A DNA stretch of 31,428 bases. Source: Candidatus Micrarchaeota archaeon (GTDB lineage Archaea > Micrarchaeota > Micrarchaeia > Norongarragalinales > UBA8480). The number at the start of each line of letters is the position of its first letter. Position 1 is the stretch's first letter. The notes beneath the pieces were generated by a model. The model was not told the DNA's origin. It searched no databases and worked only from the letters and a program-made list of their open reading frames with translations. The position numbers and the translations under genes are program-made. The stretch covers positions 1 through 31,428 of the forward strand of contig JBFMEM010000001.1 of the NCBI GenBank assembly GCA_040753335.1, written 5' to 3'. Shown piece after piece: positions 6,939 through 16,180 of this stretch.

Positions 6939-9332
6939 TTAAACGCTTACCGTGACTTCGACTGCCCCCTCTTCCTTCGGCCTGAAAGAAACCGTCTTTA
7001 CCCTCCCGACGCAGCGGATTTCCTCCTCGACGTCGGCGAGTTCCTTCAAGACTGTTTCAGGCGCGGAAACGGATGCAGAAGAAAGCTCTTCGTTCAACGC
7101 GAGCGCGTTGGATGCCTTGAACTTGCGCACTGCAGAAATCACTTCATGCAAGCCGGCAACAATTTTTTCCACGCCCTCATTTAAATACTCTTCTTCAGCC
7201 TCGGGCCATTCCGAGCGGTGGACGCTCTCCCCCTTCGGGGCAAAGAGCTCGCAGTAGATTTCCTCGGCCGCGTAAGGCGCGAAGGGCGCCAGCATTTTCA
7301 ACGAACCCTCCAGCACCTTGCGCAGCGTCCACTGCGCCGCTTCCTTGTCTAGGCCGCCCTCGCCGTAAACGCGGTACTTCACGTCTTCCAAGTAATTGTC
7401 GCACAAGTCGTGCCACACGAAAGAGTGAATTGCCGTAATCGCGGAGTAAAAATCGTAGTTGCGCAGGTCCTCCGAAACCTTTTTCGCCAAGCGGGCGTGT
7501 TTGCTGAGAATCCACTCGTCCGTCAAGCGAAGTTTTTCCGGCTTCTTGCCCCCGAAGCCCTCGCACGCCTTTTCAACGAACTTCGAGGCGTTCCACAACT
7601 TGTTCAAGAAGCTTTGAGCAAAGAGGACGTCTTTCCAGTAAAACACGTTGTCCTTTCCAGTCGAGCCGCTCAACGCGGCCCACTGGCGCAACGCGTCTAC
7701 CGACGCGCGGGCGATGACGTCCTTGGCCTCCACGTAGTTGCCGAGGCTCTTGCTCATTTTCTTTCCGTCTTCGCCGCAAACCATTCCGTTGACAAGCACC
7801 TGCTTGAACGGCGGAACGCCGGTAAGCAGCGTGCAGCGGTGGATTGTGTAGAACGCCCAAGTGCGGATTATGTCAGTTCCCTGCGGCCTCATCGTAGAAG
7901 GATAGAGCCGCTCGAACTTTTTTTCGTCAAAAGGCCAGCCGGCCACGTACAACGGAGTAATTGAGGAGTCGACCCAGCCGTCGCAAATGCTTTTCTCCCC
8001 GACGTAAGAACCGCCGCACTTGCATTTTTCCTTCGGCGGCTCGTCCTTCGCAGGGTCGACCGGAAGAGCTTCGACGGCGGGAGCCAGCACGCCGCCGCAT
8101 TTTTCGCAGTACCAAAACGGAATCGGAATGCCGAAGGCGCGCTGGCGGGAAATGCACCAGTCCCACTCGAGTCCGTTCACCCAGTCTGCAAGCAGTTGGT
8201 AGGTGTGCTCGGGATACCACTCCATTGAAGACGCGGCTTTCTTGACCTGGTCCTCAAAGCCCTTTAGCCTGATGAACCACTGAAGCGAATTCAACAACTC
8301 AATTGGCTTCTTGCACCTGTCGTGCAGCTTTACGGTTTGCAGCAGCTTTTCCTGCTTGTCAACCAAGCCCGCTGCCTGCAGGTCTTCGACTAACTTTAGC
8401 TTGGCCGAGTGAACTGGGAGGCCGTCGTAAGCGCCGGCGTTCTTTAGCCGGCCCCTGTCGTCCATTGCCTCGATTACGGGAAGTTTGTGGCGGTAGGCCC
8501 ACACGACGTCGGCCTTGTCTCCGAAGGTGCAGACCATGACGGCGCCTGTGCCGAATTCCTTGTCCACGTCCGCGTCGGCGATTACCGGGACTTCTTTCTC
8601 GAACAACGGCGTGACTGCCGTCTTGCCGACGAGCTTCTCGTACCTCTCGTCCGTCGGGTGCACGAACACAGCTACGCACGCGTGCAGCAACTCCGGCCTG
8701 GTGGTGGCAATCAAGAGAACGCCGTCCGGCGCGGCGGAACACTTGAACCGCAGGAAATTCAGGGCAGTTTCGCGCTGGGTTTCCTCGGTCTCGGCCTTTG
8801 TTATTGCGCTGGCGCAGGCAGGACACCACAACACAGGGTGTTTCGCGTGGTAGACCTGGTTTGCCTCAAGCATTTTCACGAGCGAGTACTGCACGGCCTT
8901 GTGGTAGCCTTTGTCGATGGTGTAGTACTCGTAGTCCCAGTCCATCGAGAAAGCCATTTGCTTCATCTGCGCCTTTATGCTGCCGACCATTTCATGCGTC
9001 CATTCCAGGCAGCGCTTGCGGAACTCTTCCCTGGAAAGGTCGCGGCCGTATTTCTTTTCGACCTTGATTTCGGTCGGAAAGCCGTGGCAGTCCCACCCCT
9101 GGGGAAACAAGACGTTGTAGCCCCGCATTCTGTGAAAACGCGCGGCAAAATCGATGTAGCACCAGTTCAGCGTGTTGCCGGTGTGAAACTCTCCGGTCGG
9201 AAAAGGAGGTGGCGTGTCGATGAAGTAAACCGGTTTCTTGCGGTCCTTGGCGTCGAATGCGTAGGGCTTGGATTTTTCCCACTGCGCCTGCCACTTGGCT
9301 TCCAACGCGCGGCAATCGAGTTTTCCAAGCAT
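6939..9332 (-). CDS. valS: Valine--tRNA ligase, archaeal type
   Basis: IDTPPPFPTGEFHTGN (HIGH), IATTRPELL, WDWCISRQR, RPQGTDIIRTW, KMSKSLGN. Confidence 0.95.
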   Translation of the reverse strand: MLGKLDCRALEAKWQAQWEKSKPYAFDAKDRKKPVYFIDTPPPFPTGEFHTGNTLNWCYIDFAARFHRMRGYNVLFPQGWDCHGFPTEIKVEKKYGRDLSREEFRKRCLEWTHEMVGSIKAQMKQMAFSMDWDYEYYTIDKGYHKAVQYSLVKMLEANQVYHAKHPVLWCPACASAITKAETEETQRETALNFLRFKCSAAPDGVLLIATTRPELLHACVAVFVHPTDERYEKLVGKTAVTPLFEKEVPVIADADVDKEFGTGAVMVCTFGDKADVVWAYRHKLPVIEAMDDRGRLKNAGAYDGLPVHSAKLKLVEDLQAAGLVDKQEKLLQTVKLHDRCKKPIELLNSLQWFIRLKGFEDQVKKAASSMEWYPEHTYQLLADWVNGLEWDWCISRQRAFGIPIPFWYCEKCGGVLAPAVEALPVDPAKDEPPKEKCKCGGSYVGEKSICDGWVDSSITPLYVAGWPFDEKKFERLYPSTMRPQGTDIIRTWAFYTIHRCTLLTGVPPFKQVLVNGMVCGEDGKKMSKSLGNYVEAKDVIARASVDALRQWAALSGSTGKDNVFYWKDVLFAQSFLNKLWNASKFVEKACEGFGGKKPEKLRLTDEWILSKHARLAKKVSEDLRNYDFYSAITAIHSFVWHDLCDNYLEDVKYRVYGEGGLDKEAAQWTLRKVLEGSLKMLAPFAPYAAEEIYCELFAPKGESVHRSEWPEAEEEYLNEGVEKIVAGLHEVISAVRKFKASNALALNEELSSASVSAPETVLKELADVEEEIRCVGRVKTVSFRPKEEGAVEVTVSV

Positions 9333-9348
9333 CCGTTTCCCTCGGAGG

Positions 9349-9522
9349 CTAGCCGCCCTTTACGTACTTGGCAGTCCACTTTTGCCTGCGGGGAGCGCGG
9401 CCCATTTCCGCGTTGCGGCGGCATTTTTTCGAGCAATAGTGCAACGCCGTTCCGTCGCGCTTGAACACGGTAAAGCCGGTTCCCAGCCGGAGTTCGTTTC
9501 CACAATGAGTGCACTTGGCCAT
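9349..9522 (-). CDS. rpl24e: 50S ribosomal protein L24e (eL24), 57 aa
   Basis: Not in the ORF track. Hand translation MAKCTHCGNELRLGTGFTVFKRDGTALHYCSKKCRRNAEMGRAPRRQKWTAKYVKGG; CxxC...CSxKC and KWT motifs; conserved rpl7ae-rps28e-rpl24e order. Confidence 0.93.
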   Translation of the reverse strand: MAKCTHCGNELRLGTGFTVFKRDGTALHYCSKKCRRNAEMGRAPRRQKWTAKYVKGG

Positions 9523-9528
9523 TGAAGC

Positions 9529-9807
9529 TCACTTTCTCTTCGTCTTCAAGGGCCTTGCCTCGCGCTCGGTCTCCAAAAGCATTATCACGTCACCCTTGCG
9601 GACGGGTCCCTTGATGTTCCTGCGGATTACTCTCCCCTGGTCCCTTCCGGCCAGTACCTTGCACATGACTTGGTTGACTTCCCCGAAAACGCCGGTCTTG
9701 CCCACTATTTCCATTATCTCGGCTGGAGACGCCTCTATCTGCATTGGCGCCGGCTTCGGCGCTTCCGCGGGCTTCGCCGGCTCGGCCGGCTTCTTTTCTT
9801 CAGGCAT
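9529..9807 (-). CDS. rps28e: 30S ribosomal protein S28e (eS28) with Pro/Ala/Lys/Glu-rich N-terminal extension
   Basis: [20 protein letters not shown]...[27 protein letters not shown]. Confidence 0.95.
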   Translation of the reverse strand: MPEEKKPAEPAKPAEAPKPAPMQIEASPAEIMEIVGKTGVFGEVNQVMCKVLAGRDQGRVIRRNIKGPVRKGDVIMLLETEREARPLKTKRK

Positions 9808-9814
9808 TCAAACC

Positions 9815-10312
9815 CTACTCCGCTTTCTTCTCTTCCTTTTTCTCGGCCGGCTTTTCCTCTTTCTCCTTCTTCGGCTTCCTGGCCTTCTTCTCGGGCTTTT
9901 CCTTGGGAGCCTCTTTTGCCGCAGCCGGTTTCTCCGCTTTCTCTGCCGTCGCCGGCGTTCCGAGCTTGGAAAGCACTTCCTTCAAAGCAGCTTCAACAGC
10001 GCCTGCCTTCGTCACCGCAATCGCGGCAGTGCCGACGTTCAAGCCAGCTGCCTTGCCGAGAGTCGCTTTTTCCGCCACGTAAACGAACGGAATCTTCTTT
10101 TCCTCGCACAATCCCGGCAAGTGCATGACTATCTCTTCGGGGTCGACGTCTTCCGCGATTGCAACGAGCTTTGCGTCTCCGCGCTCGATTGCCTTCGTCG
10201 TTTCATTGGTTCCCTTGCGCACTACGCCGGAGTTTCGCGCGCCTTCCACTATTTCAAGGACTTTAGACTGCACGTCCGCTGGAGTCGAGAACTTTACGTA
10301 AGACTTCGCCAT
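9815..10312 (-). CDS. rpl7ae: 50S ribosomal protein L7Ae with Lys/Glu-rich C-terminal tail
   Basis: RKGTNETTKAIERGDAKLVAIAEDVDPEEIVMHLPGLCEEKKIPF; GAGGTGA SD. Confidence 0.96.
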   Translation of the reverse strand: MAKSYVKFSTPADVQSKVLEIVEGARNSGVVRKGTNETTKAIERGDAKLVAIAEDVDPEEIVMHLPGLCEEKKIPFVYVAEKATLGKAAGLNVGTAAIAVTKAGAVEAALKEVLSKLGTPATAEKAEKPAAAKEAPKEKPEKKARKPKKEKEEKPAEKKEEKKAE

Positions 10313-10384
10313 ACTAACTTCACCTCATGTCATAGGCTCGCAAAAAAAGGAGCACGATAAATATGGCTCGCTAAGTTTAAAAAC

Positions 10385-10822
10385 TTGCTGAACACTAATA
10401 GCGGCATACCCTACCGCGGCAGTCCTGGATACCGCATCAGAGCGGCTGCAAGACAACGAGCGCGGCCCTCGCGCGTGGCGGCGTGGCTCGAGGCCCGACG
10501 GGCACAGAGCATACAACAACAGCACGCGCGGTTCCTCGAAACTTTCGGGCCGAGGGTAGAAGCAGGCAAGCCCATCTTCGTTCCAATGTCGGCGCTACAC
10601 TCTTCTTTGGTTGACTACATCCACGGCGTGAAGCAACAAGCGCTTTCCTCGCGGCTTAAAACAGGGACGCTGGGGACGGTCACTCCCGTGCTCGCGGCCT
10701 ACACAGAAGACAGACTGCGCAAACAGCATGGTGAAGAGCTCCTCAAAACCTTTGCGGCCAAATACCAACCGCACCGCCTGGGCCTCTTCAAAGCCGGCAT
10801 GTGGATGAAACGAAAAAGCTGA
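10385..10822 (+). CDS. Hypothetical basic protein; start uncertain
   Basis: Only ORF filling the gap between rpl7ae and the next gene; no motif recognised. Confidence 0.4.
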   Translation: MLNTNSGIPYRGSPGYRIRAAARQRARPSRVAAWLEARRAQSIQQQHARFLETFGPRVEAGKPIFVPMSALHSSLVDYIHGVKQQALSSRLKTGTLGTVTPVLAAYTEDRLRKQHGEELLKTFAAKYQPHRLGLFKAGMWMKRKS

Positions 10823-10857
10823 CCTTCCGCCCGCCAGCTAAATAAGCTGCCGACGCG

Positions 10858-13236
10858 CTAGGGGCAAATGGCGCTGCAGTTTCCAGCGCCGGCAAGGGGG
10901 GGAGTACAAAGCGTGTAAGCGTCCACTTGGTAACACAAGTTTATTCCGCACGTGTCGGCGGCGCTCGTTTGGTTCGCGTAAGCCGTTGCATCATTGTAAA
11001 CGTCGTAGAGCGCAGCGCTATTACAGTAGTTGTTTCCGCTGAACGAGTTCGAGAGAGAGTAGTTGAGAACCCTGAGGCCATAGGCGGCGCTTCTCCTAGC
11101 AAAGTTGTTTTGCAGCGTGTTCTGCGTGACGTTGTACATCACGCCGCTTGTCGCGTTGTAACAGCCGGAAAGGGCCACGCCGTTTCCGTTTGAACTGTCG
11201 TCAAAATAGTTTCCCGCTATCACGTTGGCAGCGCAGTTTCCGCTCTCGTATCCTGGCATACAGTTAGTCTGCATCAAAAGGCCAAAGCCGTTTGCGCTGG
11301 CGTTGTTGTTGGAAACCGTGTTGTTTTGGCCTCCGGAAAAAGAGACGCCGTAGTAGAAGCCAGTAATGTTGTTGTCGTCGACAGTGTTGTTCGTCGCGTC
11401 GAAGTACTGGAAGGCTATTCCTGACCCCCCCCATCCGCACGGCCCGGCGCCACAGCTCGTCAAAGTGTTTTGTGAAACGACGTTGTTTTGCGACCTAAAT
11501 ATGTCTATTCCATCACCCGGGTTTTCGGTTACGGTTATAGAGTTGTTTCTTACGGTGCTGTTTTCCGCGCCAAGGCGGACGGCTCCCTTTACGAAGGCCG
11601 AACCCCGCGAGTAAATGGTGTTGTTTTCAACCAACGCGCCGCACGCCGTGCAGCCGAAGAAAGCAAAATTGCAGTCAAAGTAGTTGATTACCGTTTGCGC
11701 GCTTGAGTTGAAGAAATTGTTTTTAATGTCGGCCTTCATTTCCGACATTCGAATGCCTCCCGTAAAGTTGTTGCCGTCAACAGAATTGTTGTCGTTCACT
11801 GTGTTGCAATTTGGGTCGAACCACAGTGAATAGATTCCCTCGTCCTCGAAATAATTCTGTTCGAAAGAATTGTCGGCAATTCCGTTCCCCCAGTTAGGCA
11901 ATAGCATCACTGACATTTGAACATTGTTTACGACTGTGTTGTTTTTGAAACTCGAGTTTTCAAAGCCGCCGCCGTAAACGCCGTAATTGTTTTCGTTGAA
12001 ATAATTGTAAGAAGCATTCATTGCCTCTATTCCGTCGCCTAAATGCAGTCCCGCGCCCGCGAGGCCGTAGCCGTTGACGTACAAGTTGTTGTTGTAAAAA
12101 CTAAAGTTTTCTGGAATAACTAGCCACACGTCTTTTCTTCCGAAGTAAGCGCCGAAGTCGAACTTGGTTATGTTACAGTCGTGAACCGTGACGTTGTTGA
12201 CGTCGTTTGCCTTTATTCCATACGAGTCCACGGCCGCCGGCCCCGTAAGCGTGTTGCCCAAGCAGTCTATTACGACGTCCGACGTGTTTACTATCACGCC
12301 GTTTCCCGCGCACAACAAGCTCGTGTTCACGTGGTACTCTCCCGAACAATTGATGGTGTAAGGACAGTAACTGATGTTGGTCACGCCACCGCCGCAAATG
12401 ACGAAAGACCACGTCGTAGACCCCGTGCACTGCGCAACGCTGTCGCAAACAGTCACGTTCCACGAATAGCTTCCAGGGGAAGAAACGTCGAAGGAAATCG
12501 AGTTAACAGAGTTGTTCGTCAAAGGAGTTCCGTTCACAGCAGAATACGTTCCGCTCGCGTTCGTCACGTAAAGAGTAGCTCCGGAAAAGCCGACGTCGTC
12601 CACAGGAGTATAGTTGAACAAAACCGTTCCCGGCAAAACGCTTCCGCCGTCAGGAGGCTCGTTTAACGACGCAGTTGGAAAAACGTCGCCGCCTCCCCCT
12701 CCGCCGGCGCCGCCTCCGTAGCCGGCTGCCGAGCACGCAGTGCGCAAGCCAAGCGACCACGAGAAGTAAACAGACGGGTCTCCGTCCCAGTAGGACACGT
12801 AGCAATGGTCCTTCCAGTAGCCGACCGGCCCAAATGGATTGCGAATGTCGAACACCACCTTCCCCTTAGGGGGCACGACCTGATTATATACGGTGACTGG
12901 CTCGGAATAGCGGACTACGGTCAACAGCCTTGCGGCGTCTCCGTCATTGTAAACATGCACCGGCTTGCACTCCAAGATTTCGTCAGTTGACCTGCAGCTG
13001 ACGTACGCGCTCGAGTTGGCCGTGTAATTAGACGCGAGAACTTGGAACGGCGCGGCGTACTCGGGGTCGGCCAGCAAGCCGACGTCCAACCCCGCCGCGC
13101 GGACCGTCGCCTTCGTCTCGGTGGGCACGCTCCGCAGGAAGACGAGAATCAACACCACCACTAGGAGAATGACGCTGACAGTAAGAATGTAGTCAAGCGC
13201 GCCCTGCGCCTTCCGTCTTTCTTCCGGGTTATCCAT
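10858..13236 (-). CDS. Class III signal peptide protein with an Ig-like domain and right-handed beta-helix (NosD/PbH1-like) repeats
   Basis: RRKAQGALDYILTVSVILLVVVLILVFL; many N/G-rich repeats (NNTVSNNNASANGFGLLM); Cys-rich C-terminal cap; GAGGT SD. Confidence 0.8.
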   Translation of the reverse strand: MDNPEERRKAQGALDYILTVSVILLVVVLILVFLRSVPTETKATVRAAGLDVGLLADPEYAAPFQVLASNYTANSSAYVSCRSTDEILECKPVHVYNDGDAARLLTVVRYSEPVTVYNQVVPPKGKVVFDIRNPFGPVGYWKDHCYVSYWDGDPSVYFSWSLGLRTACSAAGYGGGAGGGGGGDVFPTASLNEPPDGGSVLPGTVLFNYTPVDDVGFSGATLYVTNASGTYSAVNGTPLTNNSVNSISFDVSSPGSYSWNVTVCDSVAQCTGSTTWSFVICGGGVTNISYCPYTINCSGEYHVNTSLLCAGNGVIVNTSDVVIDCLGNTLTGPAAVDSYGIKANDVNNVTVHDCNITKFDFGAYFGRKDVWLVIPENFSFYNNNLYVNGYGLAGAGLHLGDGIEAMNASYNYFNENNYGVYGGGFENSSFKNNTVVNNVQMSVMLLPNWGNGIADNSFEQNYFEDEGIYSLWFDPNCNTVNDNNSVDGNNFTGGIRMSEMKADIKNNFFNSSAQTVINYFDCNFAFFGCTACGALVENNTIYSRGSAFVKGAVRLGAENSTVRNNSITVTENPGDGIDIFRSQNNVVSQNTLTSCGAGPCGWGGSGIAFQYFDATNNTVDDNNITGFYYGVSFSGGQNNTVSNNNASANGFGLLMQTNCMPGYESGNCAANVIAGNYFDDSSNGNGVALSGCYNATSGVMYNVTQNTLQNNFARRSAAYGLRVLNYSLSNSFSGNNYCNSAALYDVYNDATAYANQTSAADTCGINLCYQVDAYTLCTPPLAGAGNCSAICP

Positions 13237-13247
13237 CTGACCTCACG

Positions 13248-16124
13248 CTACGGACACGCGTTCGTGCAGTTGCTTGTCGGAAAAACGTTCGGGTCACACG
13301 CGTAGTATGCATCCATCTGGCTGCACTTGTTTATTCCGCACGTGTTGTTAGTCGAACTGCTTGACTGCATTTGAGCCGCGGACACGTCGTAGGTGTTGCC
13401 GCACAGCGTGTTGTGGCTGAAGAGTGAATCATAGGCCGAGCTTAACGTTATTCCGTTGCCGCTGTTGCTGTTCATCGTGTTGTACTCGATTATAGTGCCA
13501 ACTGCATAAGTGGAGCCGCACAAGCCGTCACCGCTTCGCGTGTAAGAAAACTCGTTGTAGGAAATGTTGTGGTAGGGAGCGCCTGCCGGGCCGTACAAGT
13601 ACAAGCCGCACCCCGCGTTGTCGGAAGCATTGTTGTTGAAGACCGTGCTGCCCGTGCCCGGCGTGAAGAAATCTATTCCATAGTGGTTGTTGTGGCTAAT
13701 GTTGTTGTTCTGGATAGTGTGGCCGCCGCCGTAGTAAGCGGATATGCCTTTGCCTCCGTTGTTGCTTACTTCATTAGAGTCTATTGTAATGCCAGAGGCA
13801 CTCTCAGCATAAAGCCCGTTTCCCGAGTTGAACGAGATATTGTTGTTCGTGATGGCGTGGCCGCCCCCCCAGTAAGCGTATATTCCGGTGGGGTTGTAGC
13901 TTATTTCACTCGAGTCGACGATGGCGCCCGTAGATTCTTGGAGTTTAATGCCGTAAATGGTGTTGCTTGAAATGTTGTTGTCAGTAAAGTTGTTGCCGGC
14001 GGATGGCGGGTAGAGCGAAGCGCCTTCGCTGTTTTCAACCAGCGAGTTGTTTATGAAAAAGTTGTTTGAAGAAGAAACGGTGACGCCGGAAGAGAAGTGT
14101 TTGATGACGCAGTTTTCGACCGTCACGTTAGTGGCGTCCGAAATGGTGACTCCTGCGCCGCTTCCAGTCGGGCCGGTCAGCGAGTGTCCCTGACAGTCAA
14201 TAACTGAGTTGGAGCCCCCTGAGTAAACGCTTATTCCATTGCCCAAGCAAGACAAGTCTGAGTCCAGCACGTACTCGCCGGGACAGCCGTTTATGTAGTA
14301 ATCGCAGTAGGAGATTGTTTGAGGCCCGCTTGAACACGCGCTGAAATAGTCGGAGGAATTCGTGCACTGGCCGTCGTTGTCGCACACTTGAACAATCCAG
14401 AAGTAACTTCCCGCGCTCGCGACGTCGTACTCCAAGGTGTTCAGCGAATTGTTGTAAACCGACGTAGTCGAATTCTGCAAAACGTACGTCATGCCGCCGT
14501 CGCTTGACAAGTACAACTCCGCCTTCGACGGGGGAGTAAAGTCCTCGTCGTCAGTCGGAGTAAAGTTGAACGCAATTACTCCAGTGTAAACGCCTGCGCC
14601 GCCGACTGGCGCGTTGAGCGTGACCACCGGCCACTGGCTGTAGCCGGCCGCAAACTTTTCCCGCGTCGAGTTCCTGCACTGGCCGTCGTCGTCGCACACT
14701 TGCACGAACCACTGGTAGTACTGCGAAGGAACCGTCAAAGTGTATTCCAGCGTGTTCACCGTCCCGTTGGCCACCGACGTAGTCGAATTGACGAGCGGCA
14801 GGTCGCTCACGGGCGCGAGGGAAACGCGCGGCTCGGCGGACGCGAAGCCCGCGGGAATTCCTGCGTAAAGCTCTGCCTTCGAAAAACCGTGGTCGTCAGT
14901 TGGAGTGAAGTTGAAGCCAACGGTTCCCAAGTAAACGAATGAATTAATCGGCTCGTTGAGCGTCACCTGCGGATAATTGCTTGGGCCGCACGAACTGTGG
15001 CAGTTGGCTCCCCCCACGTTTGCAAAGGAAAGCCGCTTAAGCCACGAAGCAAAACCTTTCTTTATCTGGCCGCCGCCTGCGCACGCCGCGTTTGCTTGGC
15101 ATAAGCCGCCGGTCGCGGTGTTGTCCACGCAACTGCATTCATCGCACGCGTCGCCAGTGAAACTCGCTTGAGCAGCGTCAAAAGTGAATCCCGCCCCAGT
15201 GTTGCTGCAAGCACGATTGCCGCTCAAAACGTTGTTGCTTCCCGCGAAGTAGAAGCCCTGGTTGTTGTCGTGCGCGTAATTGTTCGCAAACTCTGAATCA
15301 GTTGAAGCGGAGTATATTCCGCTGCAGAAGCCGGTTACCACGCAGTTTTTGACGGTAATTCCCGACAAGCCGCCGCCGACTTGAATGCCGTAGTAGTTGT
15401 TGAGGCACTCCGCGTCGTTTCCGGTAATAAGGTGGTTTTGGCAGTCCAGTTCGACGTTCGAAGCCCCGATGACTGCACAAGTCTGGGGCGCGTTCTGGTC
15501 TGCCTCCAGGCAGTACTTGTTGTACTGGCCTCCCCCGAGGGTCTGGGTTCCCGTGCTGCAGTCCAACACAACCGCGCCGGGAACGTTGTCGCACATTTTA
15601 ACGTACCCCTGTGCCTCGCACAGGCTCGAGTCGCCATACGCCCACGCCTGAGCGCTTCCTATGCCGGGCTCTTGGCCGGAGCCGGCGTCAACTGCCGCGA
15701 AGGCGTAACAATGGTTAGGCAGGTAGTCCGGCAAGTCTTCGGCAGAGAGCGTGCCGCCGGGCCGGAGCGTCGTGCTGAAAATTTCTTGCGGCTTCGAATA
15801 ACGCCATATTGACAACAGCATTTCGCCTGTCGCGTCGTTGAAAATCTCGAGGGGACGGCAAACAGTTATTTCCTCCGTCGACATGCAAGTCAGGTTGTAG
15901 AACGTGCCTGGAACAATGCCGGCAACAAACAGCCTTTCCGGCGTTGCGTAAGTAGTGTTCGCGAGCAAACCCAAGTTCGCTCCCGCCGCTTGAATGTTTT
16001 CCTGGGTTTCACCCAGCGTGCCGCCGCGGATTATCACCATCGCGATTACTACAATCAGCAGAACGCCGCCGACAATCAGAATGTACTCGAGCCCGCCTTG
16101 CGCCATTTTCTTCACTTTCTTCAC
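13248..16124 (-). CDS. Class III signal peptide protein with two Ig-like domains and two beta-helix blocks; paralogue of the downstream gene
   Basis: Likely start GTG 16124 (MKKVKKMAQGGLEYILIVGGVLLIVVIAMV), downstream of TTTTAAAAA near 16162-16170. The ORF-track extension to 16346 overlaps gltX and is unlikely. Confidence 0.8.
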   Translation of the reverse strand: MKKVKKMAQGGLEYILIVGGVLLIVVIAMVIIRGGTLGETQENIQAAGANLGLLANTTYATPERLFVAGIVPGTFYNLTCMSTEEITVCRPLEIFNDATGEMLLSIWRYSKPQEIFSTTLRPGGTLSAEDLPDYLPNHCYAFAAVDAGSGQEPGIGSAQAWAYGDSSLCEAQGYVKMCDNVPGAVVLDCSTGTQTLGGGQYNKYCLEADQNAPQTCAVIGASNVELDCQNHLITGNDAECLNNYYGIQVGGGLSGITVKNCVVTGFCSGIYSASTDSEFANNYAHDNNQGFYFAGSNNVLSGNRACSNTGAGFTFDAAQASFTGDACDECSCVDNTATGGLCQANAACAGGGQIKKGFASWLKRLSFANVGGANCHSSCGPSNYPQVTLNEPINSFVYLGTVGFNFTPTDDHGFSKAELYAGIPAGFASAEPRVSLAPVSDLPLVNSTTSVANGTVNTLEYTLTVPSQYYQWFVQVCDDDGQCRNSTREKFAAGYSQWPVVTLNAPVGGAGVYTGVIAFNFTPTDDEDFTPPSKAELYLSSDGGMTYVLQNSTTSVYNNSLNTLEYDVASAGSYFWIVQVCDNDGQCTNSSDYFSACSSGPQTISYCDYYINGCPGEYVLDSDLSCLGNGISVYSGGSNSVIDCQGHSLTGPTGSGAGVTISDATNVTVENCVIKHFSSGVTVSSSNNFFINNSLVENSEGASLYPPSAGNNFTDNNISSNTIYGIKLQESTGAIVDSSEISYNPTGIYAYWGGGHAITNNNISFNSGNGLYAESASGITIDSNEVSNNGGKGISAYYGGGHTIQNNNISHNNHYGIDFFTPGTGSTVFNNNASDNAGCGLYLYGPAGAPYHNISYNEFSYTRSGDGLCGSTYAVGTIIEYNTMNSNSGNGITLSSAYDSLFSHNTLCGNTYDVSAAQMQSSSSTNNTCGINKCSQMDAYYACDPNVFPTSNCTNACP

Positions 16125-16180
16125 CTCAAACGCCCCCTCCACGGCAAATAAGATACCCTCCTTTTTAAAAAAGACGTGCG

